A stretch of DNA of 59,237 nt from Balanoglossus misakiensis (taxonomy: Eukaryota > Animalia > Hemichordata), in the NCBI GenBank assembly GCA_040954595.2, contig JBECUI020000054.1, positions 1 to 59,237 of the forward strand, in the 5' to 3' direction. Below, in pieces: positions 11,419-20,742 of the stretch. The position numbers and the translations under genes were made by a program. The notes beneath the pieces were generated by a model. The model worked only from the letters and a program-made list of their open reading frames with translations, ran no database searches and was not told where the DNA came from. Each line of letters begins with the position of its first letter. Position 1 is the stretch's first letter.

Positions 11419-12269
11419 TGTTACGTATTCTGCAAACTGCAAGTCAGTGCTGATTGGACATGTGTTACGTAGGTTCAGTCGGCTATTGTTTTGTGACCAG
11501 GTGTGTTTTTCGTGTGCGTTTCGTTTGCTTTCTTTATTTGAATATTTAAGTGACCAGGTGTGAGGAATTAATTTTTGGCTAGTATAAAAGCCCGCTCGTT
11601 GCCACGTTGTGCGAGTGGATGTTAATTTGACCTGGAGGACGTGCTGCTCGTTTGAACCGTCTTGGAAGCTGTGGCTGCTCTTCTGAACAAGTTGTAAGTC
11701 GTTCTGTTTCGTGTGGAGCGGACTTTTGAAGCGGACTTTTGTGGAGCAGACTTTTGCGGACTTTTGTGGAGCAGACTTTTGCGGACTTTTGTGGAACCAG
11801 TTGGAGCTGGACTTTTGCCTGGACCGCCGTGTCGCTGTGTCTACGCTGAACTGCCGCCGAGTTGGAGCTGTCGCTGTGTCTACGCTGAACTGCCGCCGAG
11901 TTGGAGCTGTCGCTGTGTCTACACTGAATTATCGCCGAGTTGCTGTGTCTACGTGTCCTCCGTCAAGTCAGCGGAACGTTCTAGCGGACATTGGACTTGT
12001 TCTGTTTCAGTTTATGCACACCTGGTCACGTTTAAAAAGGTAGTTCACTTGTTTCTTGTGTGTTTCTTTAGTTTATAATATTTAATGTTCACGATTATTT
12101 TAGTTATTATTAAATTCGTTATAAATAAGGTGATTTGCTGGTTGTTGTGACTTTTGTTGACCAACTTTGTTGCGTGCGGCGCTGGTTTGGTTCCTTACAA
12201 AGTACGCCATCCGGCTAGTGTGTTTATTGCTCGCCCTGTTTCGGCTGGAACGGCCAGCGTGTCGTAACA
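11419..12269 (+). repeat. 5' LTR (851 bp)
   Basis: TG...CA termini, TATAAAAG near 11584, internal 24-bp and 39-bp tandem repeats. Confidence 0.96.
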
Positions 12270-12272
12270 AAT

Positions 12273-12290
12273 TGGGGGCTCGTCCGGGAT
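12273..12290 (+). promoter_or_regulatory. Primer binding site complementary to the tRNA-Pro 3' end
   Basis: TGGGGGCTCGTCCGGGAT, 3 nt after the LTR; matches the canonical tRNA-Pro PBS used by murine leukaemia virus. Confidence 0.93.
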
Positions 12291-12348
12291 CTATCCTTGA
12301 ATTCATTCAGTGCGCACGGTCAATAACGGTTCACAATTACTATTCGTA

Positions 12349-15300
12349 ATGGCTTCCACAGCGGAGTTCAACGTAACTGAGTTTGTTAAAAATGAAAATT
12401 TAACTGTTGATGATTTACAACGTTTGCGAAAGGCTGAACTACAGCAGGTAGCTGCTCATTTTGGTGTCAGTCTTGGTAGTAATGTAACAAAAAAGGAAAT
12501 TATTGATAGTATTTCTGTTTTCCTTGGTTTGACTAAACATGGTATGCATAATGCTGAGAGTACTGAAGTGGCATTGGCAAAAATTGAACTTGAAAGAGAG
12601 AAATTAAGACTTGCTCAAGAAAGAGGAGAGGCCCAATTATTGAGAGAAAAAGAAAGAGAAGAGGCCCAATTATTGAGAGAAAAAGAAAGAGAAGAGGCCC
12701 AATTATTGAGAGAAAAAGAAAGAGAAGAATTCGAGTTGAGGAAGTTAGAACTTGAACTTCAGTTAAGTCGACAGAATCATGAACCTGTTCAGAGCACTAC
12801 GAGAAGTTCTGATTTTGATGTTACTAAATATATTAAGTTGGTCCCAAGGTTTTCTGAAGCCGAAGTAGATACTTACTTTTTGGCTTTTGAGAAAATTGCG
12901 AGACAACTTAAGTGGCCAACTAAATTTTGGACTTTGTTGCTTCAAAGTGTGTTTGTTGGGAAAGCCCAGGAAGTGTTTTCTTCCCTGTCTGATTCAGATT
13001 CTGAAGATTATGAAATTGTCAAGAAAGCAGTTCTATCCGCTTATGAGTTAGTTCCCGAGGCTTATAGACAGAAGTTTAGAAATTTAAGGAGACAGACTGG
13101 ACAAACCTTTGTTGAATTTGCAAGAGAGAAGGAAATTATATTTGATAGATGGTACCGTTCCTTGCAAACTGAAAAAGAATTTAATATACTGAGGGAGGTA
13201 ATACTCATGGAGGAATTTAAGAACAGCATCCCTTTGGACATTAGAACCCATATTGATGAACATAAAGTTACAGAACTAAAGCGGGCAGCCGTTATTGCTG
13301 ATGATTATGAGCTTACTCACAAGAAAAGTGGTAGTAGCTCACCTAATTATAATAGGTATGGTAATAAACCTTTCACTAATTATGCCAAATTTGATAACAG
13401 GGTAAATCATCCTAGTCCAGACAGAAAGGGCCAGTCTGTTGCTGCTAATAAGCCACCTGAGATTAGAAGGGGTCCTGTCTGTTTCCATTGTGGTAAAGTG
13501 GGGCACATTAAGTCTAATTGTTATCAATGGAAGAAGAGTAACCAGAGGGATAGTAAACCTGTGGCTTTTGTTAATAGAAATGCCGATATCCGTACAGATA
13601 GTCATATAAATATTGGTGATAAGTACCAAAGTTTGCCTGCACGAGATAACTGTAAAATCCCCAAGTCTATTCCTGACGGTTATAGGGATTTTGTATCCCA
13701 AGGAGAGGTATCTGAATTATCTGACGTGCATGAAGTAAAGCCCATTATCATACTGAGGGATACTGGTGCCGCTCAATCATTAATGTTAGCAGACGTCTTG
13801 CCAGAGAATGTATGTCGTTCAATGGATACCAGAATGTTGCTGCAAGGTATAGGTGGTAATTTTGTTTCGGTTCCTTTGTGTGAGGTTAATTTGAATTCTG
13901 ACCTAGTCAATGGTCGGGTTAAAGTTGGCATTGTCCAATCTTTACCAATAGAGGGGGTAGATTTTCTCTTGGGGAATGATCTAGCTGGGGGAAAGGTTCA
14001 AGTCTCTCCCATACTTACTAAATTTCCATCTGTCCAACCGGCCACAGAGGAATTAAAGGATACATTTCCGGGTATATTTCCATCATGTGCAGTTACCAGG
14101 TCACAGTCACGTGTTGCGCGTTTAGATGAGGCGAATTCTCCCGACGTTCCCAATTCTGGTGTTTGGTTGGCAGAAACATTTTTCAAAGATTTAGACAGTG
14201 GGGATGGTCTATCTAAACCTGGTGATTCTGAGACCGTGTTTACTCAGACTTCTCTAATAAAAGAACAAAAGGCTGATCCAATTCTGAATGACTTAATTCA
14301 TAAGGCATTATCAGAATCCGAAGCCAACAATGTTCCAGAATGTTATTACATGAAGTCAGGAATTTTAATGAGAAAGTGGAGACCACCGTCTGTTCCTGCT
14401 GATCAGGATTGGTTGGTGAAAAATCAAATAGTGGTACCTGCATGTTACCGTCCTGAAATTCTGCGTTTGGCCCACGAAATTCCTATGGCTGGGCATTTGG
14501 GCATTCGAAAAACACAATCCAGGGTTATGGCTCATTTTTATTGGCCAAAATTGCATCAGGATGTTGTTGAATTTTGCAAAACTTGTCATACGTGTCAGCT
14601 GTTAGGCAAACCCCAGCCGGCGATCAAACCCGCTCCATTAATTCCAATTCCTGCGTTCGGCGAACCCTTCAGTAAGGTTCTAATTGATTGTGTGGGCCCT
14701 TTGCCGAGAACCAAATCTGGTAATAAATATCTTTTGACAATTTTAGACACATCGACCAGATTTCCTGAGGCTATTCCTTTGAAAAACATCTCTACCAAAG
14801 TAGTAGTTGACGCGCTAATGCATTTCTTCACACGGTATGGTTTGCCCAAGGAGGTCCAAACAGATCAAGGGTCCAACTTTATGTCTGGTTTATTTCAGGA
14901 AGTGTTGTGTCAATTGGGGGTTACACAGTTGCATTCGTCGGCCTACCATCCTCAATCTCAAGGTGCGTTGGAAAGGTATCACCAAACGCTAAAGAATATG
15001 TTGAAGGCATACTGTTTGGAATACCCTGGGGATTGGGATAAGGGCGTTGCATTTGTATTATTTGCCACAAGGGATGCCCCTAACGAATCAACTGGTTTTA
15101 CTCCCTTTGAACTTGTATATGGTCATGAAGTCAGGGGCCCTCTTAAATTCATCAAAGAGAGATTTCTTAATGAACAGGATGATGTCAACCTCCTGGATTA
15201 CGTTTCCAAATTTCGAGAACGTTTGACTAAGGCCTGTGATTTGGCTAGACACCATCTGAAACTGTCTCAGCAAACCATGAAGAGGTATTATGATAGGGAT

Positions 15301-17052
15301 AGTCAATTTCGCAAATTTAAAGTTGGTGACAAAGTTTTAGTTTTGTTACCTATACCAGGTGAACCATTATCCGCTAAATTCAGGGGGCCCTATGAAGTAG
15401 AAAAGAAATTGAATAGTGTGAATTATGTTATCCGAACCCCTGACAGACGCAAGACACGCAGGGTTTGTCATATTAATATGTTGAAGCTGTATTTTGTTCG
15501 TGAAGGTGACCATAAGCATTCCGTTGGTTTGGCTGCTGCTGTCAACAATATGGATGTTCACAATGTCGATTGCAATGATACAGAATGTGTTGAGTTTGAG
15601 GTGACTGAAGTTGATTCTATGACGGGAAAATTGTCTAATTCGGAAGCACTTGCTAATTTACAGTCTACTTTATGTCACTTGCCTGAGAATGAAAGGGCTG
15701 GCATTGTCAAACTTATAAATGAATATAAACCTCTGTTTTCCGATGAACCGGGTTGCACGTCCATAGCTGAACATGACGTAGACGTCGGCAATGAACCACC
15801 TATCAAACAACACCCCTATAGGTTAAATCCTTATAAAGCAGCCAAAGTTGAGGAGGAATTGCAGTATATGTTGGACCACGACCTAATTGAACCAAGTGAG
15901 AGTAGTTGGAGCTCTCCAGTAGTGTTAGTACCAAAGCCAGACAAGTCTTTGAGATTTTGCATAGATTATCGCAAGGTAAATGCTGTTACGCGTACTGATT
16001 CCTATCCACTTCCTCGAATTGAGGATTGCATTGACAAAATTGGTACAGCCAAGTATGTAACCAAAATTGATTTGTTGAAAGGTTATTGGCAAGTACCTTT
16101 GTCTAACAGAGCCAGGAAAATTTCTGCTTTCATTACTCCAAACGGATTGTACCAGTTTAAAGTAATGCCCTTTGGCATGAAAAATGCCCCGGCTACATTT
16201 CAAAGGTTGATGAACAAGGTCACAGCCGGTTTAGCATATTGTGTTGTGTATATTGATGATATTCTGGTTTTCAGTGACACATGGGAAGATCATGTAACCC
16301 ATTTAAGGAATCTGTTTCAGCGGCTTCACGAGGCTAATCTGGTGGTTAATCTGTCAAAGAGTGGTTTTGCCAAAGCCAAAGTGGTTTATCTTGGGCATGT
16401 CATAGGTGAAGGCAGAGTGTCTCCAAGACAAGCGAAAATTCAAGACATCATAGAGTTTCCAGTGCCTACAAATAAGCGAGAATTACGCCGTTTTCTAGGC
16501 GTTTCGGGGTTTTATCGGAAATGTTGTGCAAATTATAGCACCATTGTTGCTCCTCTCACTAATTTGCTTAAAAAGAGTGTAAAATACGAGTGGTCCGATT
16601 CGTGTCAAAATGCATTCGATGTAATAAAAGCAGTTCTAGCAAGTGAGCCAGTGCTTACGGCTCCAGATTTCTACAAGCCGTTTAAATTGGCTATTGATGC
16701 CAGTGATGTTGGTATCGGTGCCGTCTTATTGCAGGATGATGAATCAGGTATCGAGAAACCTGTCAGTTATTTTTCGAGAAAACTAAACCGTCACCAAAGA
16801 GTGTATTCTACCATTGAGAAAGAGGCTTTAAGCCTAGTGTCTGCTCTTCAGCATTTTGAAATTTATGTGACTAATGGGGTAGGTGATGTTACTGTTTACA
16901 CAGATCACAACCCACTTGTATTTCTTGACAAGTTCAAAACAAAGAGTAACAGGTTGTTTCGCTGGAGTTTGTTGCTTCAGCCTTATTCAATTAAAGTCGT
17001 ACATATTTCTGGAAAAGAAAATGTCATTGCAGATGCACTATCCAGAGTTTAG
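12349..17052 (+). CDS. Gag-Pol polyprotein: Gag (SCAN-related capsid, CCHC knuckle), aspartic protease, integrase, reverse transcriptase, RNase H
   Basis: In order: CFHCGKVGHIKSNC; LRDTGA; HHCC (AHEIPMAGHLG...CKTC); DCVGP/TDQGSNF/ERYHQTLK; GPY; YIDD; DASDVG...ADALSR. No stops or frameshifts; first ATG at 12349. Confidence 0.96.
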   Translation: MASTAEFNVTEFVKNENLTVDDLQRLRKAELQQVAAHFGVSLGSNVTKKEIIDSISVFLGLTKHGMHNAESTEVALAKIELEREKLRLAQERGEAQLLREKEREEAQLLREKEREEAQLLREKEREEFELRKLELELQLSRQNHEPVQSTTRSSDFDVTKYIKLVPRFSEAEVDTYFLAFEKIARQLKWPTKFWTLLLQSVFVGKAQEVFSSLSDSDSEDYEIVKKAVLSAYELVPEAYRQKFRNLRRQTGQTFVEFAREKEIIFDRWYRSLQTEKEFNILREVILMEEFKNSIPLDIRTHIDEHKVTELKRAAVIADDYELTHKKSGSSSPNYNRYGNKPFTNYAKFDNRVNHPSPDRKGQSVAANKPPEIRRGPVCFHCGKVGHIKSNCYQWKKSNQRDSKPVAFVNRNADIRTDSHINIGDKYQSLPARDNCKIPKSIPDGYRDFVSQGEVSELSDVHEVKPIIILRDTGAAQSLMLADVLPENVCRSMDTRMLLQGIGGNFVSVPLCEVNLNSDLVNGRVKVGIVQSLPIEGVDFLLGNDLAGGKVQVSPILTKFPSVQPATEELKDTFPGIFPSCAVTRSQSRVARLDEANSPDVPNSGVWLAETFFKDLDSGDGLSKPGDSETVFTQTSLIKEQKADPILNDLIHKALSESEANNVPECYYMKSGILMRKWRPPSVPADQDWLVKNQIVVPACYRPEILRLAHEIPMAGHLGIRKTQSRVMAHFYWPKLHQDVVEFCKTCHTCQLLGKPQPAIKPAPLIPIPAFGEPFSKVLIDCVGPLPRTKSGNKYLLTILDTSTRFPEAIPLKNISTKVVVDALMHFFTRYGLPKEVQTDQGSNFMSGLFQEVLCQLGVTQLHSSAYHPQSQGALERYHQTLKNMLKAYCLEYPGDWDKGVAFVLFATRDAPNESTGFTPFELVYGHEVRGPLKFIKERFLNEQDDVNLLDYVSKFRERLTKACDLARHHLKLSQQTMKRYYDRDSQFRKFKVGDKVLVLLPIPGEPLSAKFRGPYEVEKKLNSVNYVIRTPDRRKTRRVCHINMLKLYFVREGDHKHSVGLAAAVNNMDVHNVDCNDTECVEFEVTEVDSMTGKLSNSEALANLQSTLCHLPENERAGIVKLINEYKPLFSDEPGCTSIAEHDVDVGNEPPIKQHPYRLNPYKAAKVEEELQYMLDHDLIEPSESSWSSPVVLVPKPDKSLRFCIDYRKVNAVTRTDSYPLPRIEDCIDKIGTAKYVTKIDLLKGYWQVPLSNRARKISAFITPNGLYQFKVMPFGMKNAPATFQRLMNKVTAGLAYCVVYIDDILVFSDTWEDHVTHLRNLFQRLHEANLVVNLSKSGFAKAKVVYLGHVIGEGRVSPRQAKIQDIIEFPVPTNKRELRRFLGVSGFYRKCCANYSTIVAPLTNLLKKSVKYEWSDSCQNAFDVIKAVLASEPVLTAPDFYKPFKLAIDASDVGIGAVLLQDDESGIEKPVSYFSRKLNRHQRVYSTIEKEALSLVSALQHFEIYVTNGVGDVTVYTDHNPLVFLDKFKTKSNRLFRWSLLLQPYSIKVVHISGKENVIADALSRV

Positions 17053-17175
17053 AATGTATAACAGGATAGCTTTTTGAAATGATTCTTGAATGATTCTTGA
17101 AATGATGTTTTTGAAATAATTAACATATGTGATTACCCCTTGAAAAACGTCACCATGGTAACGTTTTTCTTTTCT

Positions 17176-17186
17176 GAGGGGGGAGG
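17176..17186 (+). promoter_or_regulatory. Polypurine tract
   Basis: GAGGGGGGAGG immediately before the TG of the 3' LTR. Confidence 0.9.
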
Positions 17187-18048
17187 TGTTACGTATTCTG
17201 CAAACTGCAAGTCAGTGCTGATTGGACATGTGTTACGTAGGTTCAGTCGGCTATTGTTTTGTGACCAGGTGTGTTTTTCGTGTGCGTTTCGTGTGCGTTT
17301 CGTTTGCTTTCTTTATTTGAATATTTAAGTGACCAGGTGTGAGGAATTAATTTTTGGCTAGTATAAAAGCCCGCTCGTTGCCACGTTGTGCGAGTGGATG
17401 TTAATTTGACCTGGAGGACGTGCTGCTCGTTTGAACCGTCTTGGAAGCTGTGGCTGCTCTTCTGAACAAGTTGTAAGTCGTTCTGTTTCGTGTGGAGCGG
17501 ACTTTTGAAGCGGACTTTTGTGGAGCAGACTTTTGCGGACTTTTGTGGAGCAGACTTTTGCGGACTTTTGTGGAACCAGTTGGAGCTGGACTTTTGCCTG
17601 GACCGCCGTGTCGCTGTGTCTACGCTGAACTGCCGCCGAGTTGGAGCTGTCGCTGTGTCTACGCTGAACTGCCGCCGAGTTGGAGCTGTCGCTGTGTCTA
17701 CACTGAATTATCGCCGAGTTGCTGTGTCTACGTGTCCTCCGTCAAGTCAGCGGAACGTTCTAGCGGACATTGGACTTGTTCTGTTTCAGTTTATGCACAC
17801 CTGGTCACGTTTAAAAAGGTAGTTCACTTGTTTCTTGTGTGTTTCTTTAGTTTATAATATTTAATGTTCACGATTATTTTAGTTATTATTAAATTCGTTA
17901 TAAATAAGGTGATTTGCTGGTTGTTGTGACTTTTGTTGACCAACTTTGTTGCGTGCGGCGCTGGTTTGGTTCCTTACAAAGTACGCCATCCGGCTAGTGT
18001 GTTTATTGCTCGCCCTGTTTCGGCTGGAACGGCCAGCGTGTCGTAACA
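17187..18048 (+). repeat. 3' LTR (862 bp)
   Basis: Matches the 5' LTR by eye except for an extra 11-bp TTTCGTGTGCG unit near 17287. Confidence 0.96.
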
Positions 18049-18072
18049 ACAGCGAGTCTTATTGACACGTAT

Positions 18073-20742
18073 TTACTGCGCGAATACCTTTACAGAGTTG
18101 TTTCCATTGTCAACGACCAGAACCTTACAAAGTGGTTCATCATCCGTTACACAGATACCATGAGGATCACTGAGTCCATCGTCGTCACTGTCAACACGAC
18201 AGACAAATTTCCCCCCAGATTCATATTTGACAATTCTGTGATTGTCGCTATCTGAGACATACACATAGCCGCGTTTATCCACAGCCACTCCAAGGGGGTT
18301 ACTCAGCTGACCATCTCCACTTCCGTAAGAGCCGAATGAATACAGGAAGTGACCATCACCATCGAACACTTGAATTCGATGGTTTCCGGCATCTGATACA
18401 TAGACATTGCCTTTGTCGTCAATGCAGACAAACCATGGGAAGTAAAACTCATCCTCCTTACTTCCCATTCTCCCAAATGATTTGATATGATTTCCATCCT
18501 GGTCGTAGATGTGAATACAGTCTCCATGGTAATCCACAACATAAACCCTCCCATTGACAGGACTTATGCCAATACCGAGCGGCAATTCAATCTTTCCCTT
18601 CCCAAAACACTTGATCAGTTTGCCATTCTCGTCACACACAATTACCTGCTTATTTCCTTCATCTGTTGTGAAAATATTCCCATCCACTGACACAGCTGCA
18701 TCGTTTGGTTTAAATGCATTACCCACATTTCCAAATCGGAATATTTTCTGCTGTTTCCCACCCACACTGAAAGATTGCAATCTATGATTACCAAAGTCAG
18801 AAACTAATGCATCACCTGTTCTTGTGAGGGTTACCCCACATGGATCATTCAGCTGACCAACCCCTGAACCCTTCTCCCCAAATTTACATATCAGCCCTTT
18901 CTTAGGGACCACATTACTTCTAACTGGTGATCCCTGTACAGGTTTCTTACGGATTGGAGTCTTCAAAGTCGTCGTTTCGTTTCTACTCACTTCCACTCTC
19001 TCCACACCATCAAATCCCTTCGATTTGACCGCGTCGGTAGAAGCTGAACCGTGCGTTCTGTTGCCTCCAGTTGCCGTGGCTACGGTGTTATCCGTTCGAG
19101 TCTTTGACACACCCATCTTCAAAGTCATTGTTCCGTTTCTACTCTCTTTCACCCTCTCAGGACTCTCAACTTCCTTCGATTCCGATTTGACCGCGTCGGT
19201 AGAAGCTGAACAGTGCGTATTGTTGTCTCCCGTTGCCGTGGCTACGGTGTTATCTCCACCATCCGTTCGAGTCTTCGACACACCCGTCTTCAAAGTCATT
19301 GTTCCGTTTCTACTCTCTTTCACCCTCTCTGGACTCTCAACTTCCTTCGATTCCGATTTGACCGCGTCGGCGGAAGCTGAACCGTGCGTTCTGGTGTCTC
19401 CCGTTGCCGTGGCTACGGTGTTATCTCCACCATCCGTTCGAGTCTTCGACACACCCGTCTTCAAAGTCATTGTTCCGTTTCTACTCTCTTTCACCCTCTC
19501 AGGACTCTCAACTTCCTTCGATTCCGATTTGACCGCGTCGGCGGAAGCTGAACCGTGCGTATTGTTGTCTCCCGTTGCCGTGGCTACGGTGTTATCTTCA
19601 TCATCCGTCCGAGTCTTTGACACACCCGTCAATGTATACGTCATCGCTGTTTGGATTATACCGAGGGTCTTCGTCTTGCAGAAGTCGCCACTCGGTTTGA
19701 ACTCCATGTAGTCACTCTCTCTCGGCTCGCACTTACTCTCTTCCTTCAGTAATTGTTTCACTTTGGTAGAGATTCCAACTTTGGCCGACATCAGATGCGC
19801 AGCGTTGCCATAATTCATTAGCTTCTCGGCATATTCTCGTGCATTTGAGAGATCATACTGCATGATTTCCAGTTCTTTCAGTTGGGCGTTCAAATTGACG
19901 TTTCTGGAGTCGTATTCGGCCTTCATTTCTGTCTGAAGTTTGTCGTCATCTTCTGTAATAAGACGAGTCGTTTCTGTTATGGTTTTCTGAGTGTGATCTT
20001 TCAGTTTCTTGGTTTCTTTCTTGAAGCACGTATCCAGGGATTGCAAGGTGAACGTCACGGCAGTTTTGCTGTCGTTTGCTTCGGTTTCTTTCATTTTCAC
20101 TTTGTCAATCATGGCCGTCAGATGTTTGGTGTATTCTGTGGCTGCATCTTTGACGCACCTGTATTTGTGCTGTGTCATTGGATGGTCTAACACGGTACAC
20201 TTCAGACAGATGGCCGCGTCGCATGTATCGCAGTAGAATTCGATCTCGTAGTTTGGGTGCTTGGTGCAGTAGACCGGAGGCTGCACTGACGCCGGGTCGG
20301 CGGACTTGGCTGAGAGATACTCGTCAAGGGAAATCAGGCGGTGGGATCTCGTCAGCGGAAGCACCTTGTGCGTGGCTTCACACGCGGAGCATATGGCGAT
20401 GGTACACTCCACGCAGTGCTTCACCTGATCCCCTTGCTTGCAGCCTTCACATTTCGCCAGATCTTCTTGCTTGTCGCCTCGTTTCTTGATCAAGTCCACC
20501 AAATCGTTCAAGAACGGGTTGTTGTCAAGGCCGGCTGCACCGTCGGCGGGCAGTTGATGTGATCGCCGACACACCGGGCAGGTCACAGACCGGCCTCCCC
20601 CGGCCAGCTTACCCAGACACGGCTCACAGAAGGTGTGCAGACACGGTAGAAGCTTAGCATTCTGGTATCGCTGTGAGCATACACTACAGAGGAGAAAATT
20701 CTCGTTGATTTCCTCCAGAAAGGTGGTCGCCTTTGCAGCCAT
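18073..20742 (-). CDS. Intronless TRIM-NHL protein A2, 889 aa, with a Ser/Thr/charged tandem-repeat linker in place of an intact filamin domain
   Basis: RING, two B-boxes, coiled coil, 3 full and 1 degenerate 57-aa repeats, six NHL repeats; open frame. Confidence 0.92.
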   Translation of the reverse strand: MAAKATTFLEEINENFLLCSVCSQRYQNAKLLPCLHTFCEPCLGKLAGGGRSVTCPVCRRSHQLPADGAAGLDNNPFLNDLVDLIKKRGDKQEDLAKCEGCKQGDQVKHCVECTIAICSACEATHKVLPLTRSHRLISLDEYLSAKSADPASVQPPVYCTKHPNYEIEFYCDTCDAAICLKCTVLDHPMTQHKYRCVKDAATEYTKHLTAMIDKVKMKETEANDSKTAVTFTLQSLDTCFKKETKKLKDHTQKTITETTRLITEDDDKLQTEMKAEYDSRNVNLNAQLKELEIMQYDLSNAREYAEKLMNYGNAAHLMSAKVGISTKVKQLLKEESKCEPRESDYMEFKPSGDFCKTKTLGIIQTAMTYTLTGVSKTRTDDEDNTVATATGDNNTHGSASADAVKSESKEVESPERVKESRNGTMTLKTGVSKTRTDGGDNTVATATGDTRTHGSASADAVKSESKEVESPERVKESRNGTMTLKTGVSKTRTDGGDNTVATATGDNNTHCSASTDAVKSESKEVESPERVKESRNGTMTLKMGVSKTRTDNTVATATGGNRTHGSASTDAVKSKGFDGVERVEVSRNETTTLKTPIRKKPVQGSPVRSNVVPKKGLICKFGEKGSGVGQLNDPCGVTLTRTGDALVSDFGNHRLQSFSVGGKQQKIFRFGNVGNAFKPNDAAVSVDGNIFTTDEGNKQVIVCDENGKLIKCFGKGKIELPLGIGISPVNGRVYVVDYHGDCIHIYDQDGNHIKSFGRMGSKEDEFYFPWFVCIDDKGNVYVSDAGNHRIQVFDGDGHFLYSFGSYGSGDGQLSNPLGVAVDKRGYVYVSDSDNHRIVKYESGGKFVCRVDSDDDGLSDPHGICVTDDEPLCKVLVVDNGNNSVKVFAQ
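18958..19626 (-). repeat. Coding 171-bp tandem repeat, 3 full + 1 degenerate unit
   Basis: GVSKTRT...TLKT units in the A2 translation. Confidence 0.95.

Larger units (their letters stand above)
11419..18048 (+). mobile_element. Full-length Ty3/gypsy LTR retrotransposon, Gmr1-like (integrase upstream of RT)
   Basis: TGTTACG...CGTAACA LTRs; 4-bp TSD ACAG (11415-11418 and 18049-18052); PBS; PPT; single intact gag-pol ORF. The empty site is visible in the paralogous flank near 8020. Confidence 0.97.

Noticed and set aside
11711-12078. Short repeats in the LTRs that resemble a CRISPR array, and the LTR ORFs
   Set aside because: Head-to-tail 24-bp and 39-bp repeats without unique spacers, in a eukaryotic LTR with no cas genes; the ORFs are repeat by-products.
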